The position numbers and the translations under genes are program-made. A stretch of DNA of 64,000 nucleotides from positions 23,898-87,897 of the forward strand of contig CATMOE010000007.1 in NCBI GenBank assembly GCA_950072105.1, given 5' to 3'. Below are positions 57,715-64,000 of the stretch, in pieces (position 1 is the stretch's first letter; every line of letters starts with the position of its first letter). The notes under the pieces are model-generated. The model was not told the origin of the DNA. It made no database searches and saw nothing but the letters and a program-made list of their open reading frames with translations. The stretch is from an uncultured Dehalococcoidia bacterium (GTDB taxonomy: Bacteria > Chloroflexota > Dehalococcoidia > Lucifugimonadales > UBA3495).

Positions 57715-58704
57715 CTATGGTAGGCGCGAGTAAACCTTTCGGGCGTTACCCTCGGTGATCTTCAGGCGGTCCTCGTCGGTCAGCCACTCGATGTCCTTGA
57801 ACATGCTGGGAACGTCTTCGAAGGACCTACCCGTGGCTGGATCGGTGGCGTTGACCGCGCCGAACATCTCGGTGGCGAACAGAACGTTGTCTACGCCTAC
57901 TTTTTTGATCAACATCTCCATCGCCTCGGTATCGTAGATAGCCATATCCCAATAGACCCTTCGGGCGGCCTCTTCAAAAGGCTCCAAGCCACCACGTACG
58001 TGAGTACCCCGGTGACGGTTCCATTGGTAGGGAATCGCCCCGCCGCCGTGGGGGATAATTATCTTTAGATCTGGAAAGTCCTGGAACACCCGGGAACTCA
58101 GGATCTCCACGCCGGCGTTATGGTGTTGGCAGATGTAGTGGGAGCTGGTGACGTGGAAGGCGGGGTTAAGCGTGGCGCTGGCATGGATCGTACCCGGTAC
58201 GTCCAGTTCCACCATCTTCTCCCACAGGGGATACCACCATTCACTCCCCACTGAAGGGGTGAAAGGCTGCGCGCCCCCGGATATATCTGGGTTGATGTTG
58301 CAGGCTACGAACCCCAGATCGTTGACGCACCGGTCCAACTCGTCTACCCATTCTGAGGGTGGGATGCCCGGTGACTGGGGAAGCTGGCACACGGCGCTGA
58401 AACGGTCGGGCAGCAGTTGAGCGATGCGGCCGATCAGCTCGTTGCAATGCTCGGTCCAGTGGCGGCTGATAAGAGGAGTACCGAACTGGTGGCCCATGGC
58501 GGTGGCTTGGGGCGAGAACATGAGTCGGTCGATGCCCCACTCGTCCATCCGGCCAACTTGGCCTTTAACCGAATCAACGATCTGTTCGTCGCTGACATTA
58601 AGACGGCCCTTGGCGGGGCGGGCGTAGTTCGTGATCTGGGTGCCCCGGAAAGCCTGCAGTTGGGGTGGAGCGCTGGTGTAGTGGGCATGGGCGTCGATGA
58701 TCAT
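57715..58704 (-). CDS. ligJ: 4-oxalomesaconate hydratase (LigJ)-like amidohydrolase
   Basis: MIIDAHAHYTSAP, CQLPQSPG, NINPD, IIPHGGGAIPY, LFATEMFGAV. Confidence 0.75.
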   Translation of the reverse strand: MIIDAHAHYTSAPPQLQAFRGTQITNYARPAKGRLNVSDEQIVDSVKGQVGRMDEWGIDRLMFSPQATAMGHQFGTPLISRHWTEHCNELIGRIAQLLPDRFSAVCQLPQSPGIPPSEWVDELDRCVNDLGFVACNINPDISGGAQPFTPSVGSEWWYPLWEKMVELDVPGTIHASATLNPAFHVTSSHYICQHHNAGVEILSSRVFQDFPDLKIIIPHGGGAIPYQWNRHRGTHVRGGLEPFEEAARRVYWDMAIYDTEAMEMLIKKVGVDNVLFATEMFGAVNATDPATGRSFEDVPSMFKDIEWLTDEDRLKITEGNARKVYSRLP

Positions 58705-58859
58705 GGGGGAGCCTCCTGATCCAGGCGTGGGCTTTTAATCGTCCAAAGCTGGTTAGCCCGGAAATTGTAACAGGATGGCTTCACGTTGGCACCTAAATCG
58801 CATTCTGCTACAATCCACCGGCATTCCACAGTCAGCATATTGAGACGGAGGGGCTTATC

Positions 58860-59720
58860 ATGGCGGAGATACCCAGGCTCAACGGAGTGATTAAAGCATT
58901 GGAAGAGGGGAAGACCGCGTTTACGACCTTTTCCCCCGCCGATATCGATAGCGCGGCGGCCTTGGCTGCGTCGCCTCTTGATGGAGTTGTTTTCGAGATG
59001 GAGCATGGCCCCTTCGACGCGCCGAATCTTCGAGACGCCCTCCAGCACATGCTCAGCCGCCGCCAGATATTGGACTCAGGGACCTTGGCTCCGGCGGTGA
59101 CGCCCATGGTCCGCATCCCGCCCAACGGCGGAGAGATGAATCAGTGGATAGCCAAACAGGTGTTGGATCTGGGCATCTACGGCATCGTCTTTCCCCACAT
59201 CAGCACCGTTGACGAGGCCTGGAACGCGGTAAGGGCGTGCCGCTATCCTCGGCTTCAGGAAGAACCCGATTACAACCCGCCCGGCATCAGGGGCGATGCT
59301 CCGACCAGGGCTGCCCGGTTCTGGGGATTGACCGCCCAGGAATACTACGCCAGAGCCGACGTTTGGCCCCTGGCGCCCCGGGGTGAGGTACTGGTAATCA
59401 TCCAATGCGAGGATCTCCTCGCCATCGACAACCTTCCGTCCATACTTGAACAGGTACCGGGGATCGGCGTCGTTCTGATCGGCGAGGGAGACCTAAGCCA
59501 GGAGATGGGCCACCCCAGAGAGTACGACCACCCGGACGTTGCGGCAGCCATCAACACCATTCTGAGGATCTGCAAAGAGCACAACATCCCTTGCGGCCAT
59601 CCCCACCCCGACGCCAACAACATGGAACGCCTGGTGGAAGAAGGCTACAAGTTCCTCATGCCATCTGCCGGCCGCTCCTTCGCCGTGCTGAACCAGATGC
59701 GGAGCCTGGCTGGGAGGTAA
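58860..59720 (+). CDS. HpcH/HpaI aldolase family protein
   Basis: EMEHGP, MVRIP, LDLG..FPHI, RYP, IGEGDLS. Confidence 0.9.
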   Translation: MAEIPRLNGVIKALEEGKTAFTTFSPADIDSAAALAASPLDGVVFEMEHGPFDAPNLRDALQHMLSRRQILDSGTLAPAVTPMVRIPPNGGEMNQWIAKQVLDLGIYGIVFPHISTVDEAWNAVRACRYPRLQEEPDYNPPGIRGDAPTRAARFWGLTAQEYYARADVWPLAPRGEVLVIIQCEDLLAIDNLPSILEQVPGIGVVLIGEGDLSQEMGHPREYDHPDVAAAINTILRICKEHNIPCGHPHPDANNMERLVEEGYKFLMPSAGRSFAVLNQMRSLAGR

Positions 59721-59872
59721 GGACGCGGGCTGTCGTATTCTTAGGCATGGCGGGAGTCCTCAGCGAGGATATGGCCCGGGTCTAAGGGAAATCACGCCAA
59801 GGGGCATGGGCGAGGTGTGGTTTCATGCCGGGCCGTTTTTGGGGAATCCGGGAGATCCGATGACCCGCAGAG

Positions 59873-60072
59873 ATTCCCACGTTCCACGCTGGTGACCGAT
59901 TGGTGACCCCAACATGACACAATCCACGTGGGAATGTAAGGTTCGTCTTGCAATCCCTAGCCCGTTCGGTGCCCGGCCAGGTGCGCCGAACGGGCGTTTG
60001 ATATGAAACAGGGAATGGCCTCCGGAGTTGGCAATTGCGAGGTGTCAGGTTTTGGGTATGCCAACTACGGCT
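59873..60072. ncRNA. Candidate structured non-coding RNA (three hairpins)
   Basis: ATTCCCACGT/ACGTGGGAAT, GCCCGTTCGG/CCGAACGGGC and AGTTGGCA/TGCCAACT in a stretch without a convincing ORF. Confidence 0.3.
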
Positions 60073-60102
60073 CCAAGGTCGTGAAATGTTCTGATAAAGC
60101 AC

Positions 60103-60131
60103 TTGTTCATAGCTATATAGTCGTATATTAT
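60103..60131 (+). promoter_or_regulatory. Sigma70-like promoter for the small Cys-rich ORF
   Basis: TTGTTC-N17-TATTAT. Confidence 0.5.
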
Positions 60132-60218
60132 GTCTCACGTCGAGACCAGATGACGCACTCCAGAATTCACAGTAGATGGGACGGCTTTGTGAAGCCGTAG
60201 TCGGGGGAGGGGTAGTAA

Positions 60219-60413
60219 ATGAGCCAGGAACTTGAGTATCTGTGCCGATGCGGTCACTCGATGATTCATCAGTCGCGATGGGGGGTTGGGAATCTATACT
60301 TGTGCACCGACGTGGTTGACTGCGTGCGTCTAGTGATTGTGGTGCCGGAAACCGGCCGCGAAACGTGGTATAGCCGCGAGGAGCAGCCTTCCTTCGCAAC
60401 GCCAGGAGTCTAA
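60219..60413 (+). CDS. Small Cys-rich (putative Zn-binding) protein
   Basis: CRCG..CTDVVDC; GGGGAGG RBS and an upstream promoter. Confidence 0.55.
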   Translation: MSQELEYLCRCGHSMIHQSRWGVGNLYLCTDVVDCVRLVIVVPETGRETWYSREEQPSFATPGV

Positions 60414-60650
60414 GGAGAGGGCATCAGGGCTGGTGAGGCCCGGGCCTTCCTGTCCCCTATTCAAGTTATTTTCGGAAAGCCACCGGTTCAACTCGATCAG
60501 GCACTTTTCGCCAAGATTGCGTATTCCCGTTAGTTCCTTATCCGACATCGTTAACACTTCGGCAACTTCGGTGATGTTGCCCCGCCAGAGGGCGTTTAGC
60601 GTGCGCGGCGACAGGGCTAAGTTGGCTAACAGTATGTTATGCATTTCCAC
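60330..60650 (-). CDS. Stand-alone RNA polymerase alpha-subunit C-terminal domain protein
   Basis: LALSPRTLNALWRGNI..ELTGIRNLGEKCLIEL matches the alpha-CTD helix-hairpin-helix; GAGAGG RBS. Confidence 0.75.
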   Translation of the reverse strand: MEMHNILLANLALSPRTLNALWRGNITEVAEVLTMSDKELTGIRNLGEKCLIELNRWLSENNLNRGQEGPGLTSPDALSLDSWRCEGRLLLAAIPRFAAGFRHHNH

Positions 60651-60815
60651 TGTAGCACCTCTCAGAGCACACTTTGCTTCGCCAATACAGGTTGCGGACG
60701 GGATCGGTTAGATTATGCCGCCAAGGAAACCCACGCTGTACCCAGGCGCCTGCTGGACAGCGGATATTTGACGATGACCATTGCCCGGGCCTGGTTTTCC
60801 TGAGAGTGTCCGGCC

Positions 60816-60962
60816 TCAATCATCAGGAAAATCCCAATAAGCGGCCATCACAAAAAAGACCGCTAACGCGATACCCACGATCATCAGAATCCATTCACGC
60901 ATCAAACCCGCAAAAATGGTGGCGAAAATGGTTCCCAAGGCGAACAGTAACATTACGCACAT
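60816..60962 (-). CDS. Small two-helix membrane protein (48 aa)
   Basis: MCVMLLFALGTIFATIFAGLMREWILMIVGIALAVFFVMAAYWDFPDD; weak RBS. Confidence 0.4.
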   Translation of the reverse strand: MCVMLLFALGTIFATIFAGLMREWILMIVGIALAVFFVMAAYWDFPDD

Positions 60963-61546
60963 AGATGGACTTCGTAGCCTGAGCTAATCTGCCGCCCTGA
61001 TTCCATCTCGCTGGCCAGTGCATTATACCGGTGGTGACTACCCCACGTGACAAAGTCGCTCTCTTGGCGTCGATACCTCCTTCCCCGTGTTGCATTCACT
61101 CGACGTAATGCTCGATTCATCTATGCCTCTTGCCACCCGCTCCGCGCCGAGTGTTAGGAATACCGCTTACCGTTGCCCATCTCACGTGTTTTCCTGACCT
61201 AATCCGGGTGCCGAAATAGTCCTTTCGGACGATGGCACAATCCCTAAATCGCCTGGTTACAACCCGTGGTGGCGCCGGTACAGTGGATTCAAGTTCAATC
61301 AAACGAGTAGATATGAGGCTTTCATGGAAATTGTTGCGTTATCGTTGGCCGCAATTGGCTTCATTTTGGATCGATAGCAATCACGAGGTTCGACCAGAAC
61401 AACAAAGAAGGTCGGCAGATAATGATCCACTGGAGGAATCCTAGAGAAGCCCAGGGTCGGCGGTCATACAACCAGCTTGTAATACCCTGGTAACGGAGTG
61501 CTAGGTAAGATGCATCGGCCGGGAGAGACTGATGGGAGGAAACACG

Positions 61547-61654
61547 ATGAGCCATACCAGCAACCGCTTACAGCACCCTCATTGTCCGAAATGCGGTAGT
61601 TGCACGACTAGGATCGGCCGGTGGTGGAGTTGTCTGATATGTTACCCGTGGTGA
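61547..61654 (+). CDS. 35-aa zinc-finger microprotein
   Basis: MSHTSNRLQHPHCPKCGSCTTRIGRWWSCLICYPW; GGGAGG RBS. Confidence 0.55.
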   Translation: MSHTSNRLQHPHCPKCGSCTTRIGRWWSCLICYPW

Positions 61655-61703
61655 CCTTAGCGGAGACGCGATCGCCTTCTAGCCAAATTTAGGGAGCAGA
61701 TCC

Positions 61704-61913
61704 GTGGAGCAACACAATTTCACGTGCGCCAAATGTTCCGGGACCGAATATAAGGCTGGAGAAATCAGAACCACGGGTTCAGGTTTGTCGAGATTCTTGA
61801 ACGTTCAAAACCAAAAGTTCGCTACTGTGTCTTGTGCCAACTGTGGTTACACGGAATTGTACCGATTGGACGGTCGTGGCCTAGGCAATATCTTCGATAT
61901 ATTCACCAATTAG
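61704..61913 (+). CDS. Zinc-ribbon nucleic-acid-binding protein (DUF2082-like)
   Basis: CAKC..GSGLSRFLNVQNQKF..SCANCGYTELY. Confidence 0.8.
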   Translation: MEQHNFTCAKCSGTEYKAGEIRTTGSGLSRFLNVQNQKFATVSCANCGYTELYRLDGRGLGNIFDIFTN

Positions 61914-61922
61914 TTTCACTGG

Positions 61923-61964
61923 AAAAACCCGTCCGAAATCCCGATGCTAATCGGTAATCGGACG
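61923..61964 (-). terminator. Terminator downstream of the tRNA 3' end
   Basis: CGTCCGA..TCGGACG hairpin followed by TTTTTT on the minus strand. Confidence 0.5.
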
Positions 61965-61983
61965 ATGTAGCCGGGCAAAAAAA

Positions 61984-62022
61984 TGGTCGGGGTGAGTGGA
62001 CTCGAACCACCGGCCTCTTCGT
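61984..62022 (-). tRNA. 3' half of tRNA-Pro (attachment-site fragment)
   Basis: Reverse complement ACGAAG-AGGCC-GGTGG-TTCGAGT-CCACT-CACCCCG-ACCA gives the 3' anticodon arm, T arm, acceptor strand and CCA; G72/A73 indicates Pro; the 5' half is absent. Confidence 0.8.
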
Positions 62023-62030
62023 ACTGATGT

Positions 62031-62039
62031 TGATATAAT
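62031..62039 (+). promoter_or_regulatory. Extended -10 promoter for the recombinase
   Basis: TGATATAAT about 50 nt upstream of TTG 62090. Confidence 0.55.
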
Positions 62040-62089
62040 GGTATAAACGGTTATCGATTCCATGCCAACATTAACAGTACGAGGCGCAC

Positions 62090-63562
62090 TTGAATACCGC
62101 ATCAGCAACCAAAAGGGCCGTAGGCTACCTGCGGGTCTCCACCCCCGGCCAGGCGGGTGAGCAGCACAGCTCCCTGGAAACCCAGGAAAGCAGGTTCAAA
62201 GAGTACTGCCAGCGGCAAGGTCTCCTGCCCGACTCCCAGTTCGTGGACGTTGTTTCCGGTCGCCGGGACGACCGGAAAGAGTACCGCCGCATGGTAGAGT
62301 ACGCGTTGACCGGGGCCGCCGAAGTCATCGTAGTACAGTTCCTGGACCGGTTCGGCCGGAACCCCAGAGAGATACTGCAACGTTACTGGGAGCTACAGGA
62401 CGCAGGTGTCTCGGTCGTCGCCACTGATGAAGACATCAATGAAGAGCTTATCCTGCTCATCAAAGCCGGGATCGCCGGGGCCGAGAGCCGCCGCACGTCC
62501 GAGAGGGTGCGTGCCAACATGAGCAGGGCCGTTGGGAAAGGTGTCCACGCTGCCCGGGCCCCGTTCGGACTCCGAAGGGTGTACCACGGCAGGGAAGTCC
62601 GTTGGGAGAAGGACCCGGTGGAAGCACCGGTGGTAAGGGAGATGTACCGGTTGTCCGTGGAGGAGAACCGGGGGTACAAAGCCATAGCTGACATATTGAC
62701 CGCGTCGGGTCACCGGGCCAGGGGCGGGCGTCCCTTCGCTTCTTTCACCATCCAGAGGGTCCTTTCCAACGAAGCCATGATGGGGACACTTGCCTACGGA
62801 AAACGCCCTCGCAAAGGCAACCCGGAGCAAGAGCTGGTGAGGGTGGAAGGGTTCTTCCCAGCAATACTGACCGGCAATGAGTGGCAGCTCCTCCAGGAAC
62901 GGCTGAGCATCCGGAGGGAGTCATCCCGTGGGCGCACCCACAGCAGTGTTTACCTGCTGAGCGGGATGGCGCGCTGTGGGTATTGCGGTGGGCCTATGGC
63001 CGGGAAGGTAGCCGCAACCAACAAGGATGTACAGTACCGGAACTACTGGTGTTCCCGTGCGACCAAGTCCAGAGCACTGTGTGCCCACTACAACGGACAT
63101 TCCGCTCCCAGGCTGGAGACAGCGGTGTTGGAATACCTGGGGCAATTCTCCGATCCCGAGGTGGTGAAACGGCACATAGAGGCGGCCGACCGGGAGGAGA
63201 TGTCCACCCGGGAGTCGGAACTGAAGGACGTTGAGGCAGGGCTGGCGGAACTTGATGCCCAGTTCACCCAGAACCTGGGTTTCCTGAGACGCGGGGTACT
63301 GAACGAACAGGAGTTCGTGAAGGCCAACAACATGGCCCGTGACCAGGTCTTGGCCCTTCAGGAGCGCAGGGAATCGTTGGCTCAGTGGGTCGACGAACAG
63401 AAGGATCGCATGCAGACCAGGGACAGGGTACCGGGCCTGATCAAGACGTTCCTCGAAGACTTCGAGACCATGGACCCGAGGCTACGGAAGTCCCACCTGC
63501 AGACCATCCTGAAAGCCGCCCACATCAGCAGGGACACGATCGAGTTGGAGTTCAGGGTTTAG
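62090..63562 (+). CDS. Large serine recombinase (integrase)
   Basis: GYLRVST catalytic Ser, LDRFGRN, recombinase domain, YLLSGMARCGYCG..C..C zinc ribbon, coiled coil. Confidence 0.93.
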   Translation: MNTASATKRAVGYLRVSTPGQAGEQHSSLETQESRFKEYCQRQGLLPDSQFVDVVSGRRDDRKEYRRMVEYALTGAAEVIVVQFLDRFGRNPREILQRYWELQDAGVSVVATDEDINEELILLIKAGIAGAESRRTSERVRANMSRAVGKGVHAARAPFGLRRVYHGREVRWEKDPVEAPVVREMYRLSVEENRGYKAIADILTASGHRARGGRPFASFTIQRVLSNEAMMGTLAYGKRPRKGNPEQELVRVEGFFPAILTGNEWQLLQERLSIRRESSRGRTHSSVYLLSGMARCGYCGGPMAGKVAATNKDVQYRNYWCSRATKSRALCAHYNGHSAPRLETAVLEYLGQFSDPEVVKRHIEAADREEMSTRESELKDVEAGLAELDAQFTQNLGFLRRGVLNEQEFVKANNMARDQVLALQERRESLAQWVDEQKDRMQTRDRVPGLIKTFLEDFETMDPRLRKSHLQTILKAAHISRDTIELEFRV

Positions 63563-63681
63563 ATCCGGTTCGCAATCAAGCATCCCTTCGTTTTGACTTT
63601 CGTGAGTTAGTGGTCCGGGTCGCCAGAATCTCTTGGTCCTCGGGGGCTACTGGGCTGCTGCCGTTGTCTGTTGATGCTGGA

Positions 63682-63999
63682 CTACGCCTTCGGTTCTGGC
63701 CATTCGAACGGGTTATGTGTACGCTTGCCTCCGAGTTCTTGGTCATCAATCACCACGTCTCCCTCTTGGATAAGCTCAAACGTAATTTCATCTTTATCCA
63801 AGCAAGGAAAATCCAGACCCAGTTTGCCCGCTATGATTTCAGCGTACCAAGCACCGCCCCCCGACCATACGAATACGGGGTGCTCTGTTTCAAGGAGAGC
63901 ATCTACTAACGGTTGATTCGGATGCCAAGGTTCGCCATTGAGTACGCCGTATGGGTGTACGCCAGTATGCGAATCGTACAGAATCAGAGTATCGTCGCA
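63682..63999 (-). CDS. HAD-superfamily phosphatase-like protein, 5'-partial
   Basis: Minus frame CDDTLILY..VFVWSGGGAWYA..K..VIDDQ carries HAD motifs I-IV; it is absent from the ORF track because the start is off-window. Confidence 0.65.
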   Translation of the reverse strand, partial: CDDTLILYDSHTGVHPYGVLNGEPWHPNQPLVDALLETEHPVFVWSGGGAWYAEIIAGKLGLDFPCLDKDEITFELIQEGDVVIDDQELGGKRTHNPFEWPEPKA

Positions 64000-64000
64000 A

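Larger units (their letters stand above)
62023..64000. mobile_element. Left end of an integrative element (genomic island/prophage) inserted in tRNA-Pro
   Basis: The tRNA fragment is followed directly by a large serine recombinase; the right end lies outside the window. Confidence 0.7.

Noticed and set aside
61324..61444. Possible frameshifted small membrane ORF (MEIVALSLAAIGFI..)
   Set aside because: Very short, weak RBS, and it needs an assumed indel; insufficient support

Overview
This is a GC-rich bacterial chromosome segment. Its gene content (F420-dependent LLM oxidoreductase, Rieske oxygenases, many amidohydrolase/VOC/RidA/MaoC paralogues, DUF1800-DUF1501, type IV pilin) suggests a SAR202-like Chloroflexota (Dehalococcoidia); this is an inference from protein families. 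Most of the window encodes catabolic accessory metabolism: a cupin/EutA-like/RidA cluster, an MscR-like dehydrogenase with a ComDE-like pair, aconitase, a P450, and a phthalate/protocatechuate-like aromatic cluster containing a degenerate PanB paralogue. At least five families of palindromic REP-like repeats lie between genes, and about nine genes are broken or degenerate. Highlights: (1) a deiodinase-like selenoprotein gene hidden by an in-frame UGA (FGSLT-U-PYC) and a +1 frameshift; (2) the left end of an integrative element whose large serine recombinase abuts the 3' half of a tRNA-Pro cut at the anticodon loop; (3) next to it, a microprotein islet with a stand-alone RNA polymerase alpha-CTD, three tiny Cys4 proteins and a multi-hairpin non-coding stretch; (4) a 2.4 kb island of gene remnants bracketed by two halves of a REP element, with attC-like remnants; (5) an FtsK paralogue that has lost its gamma domain. 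No rRNA, complete tRNA or CRISPR array was seen. All family calls come from motif recognition by eye, not from database searches.
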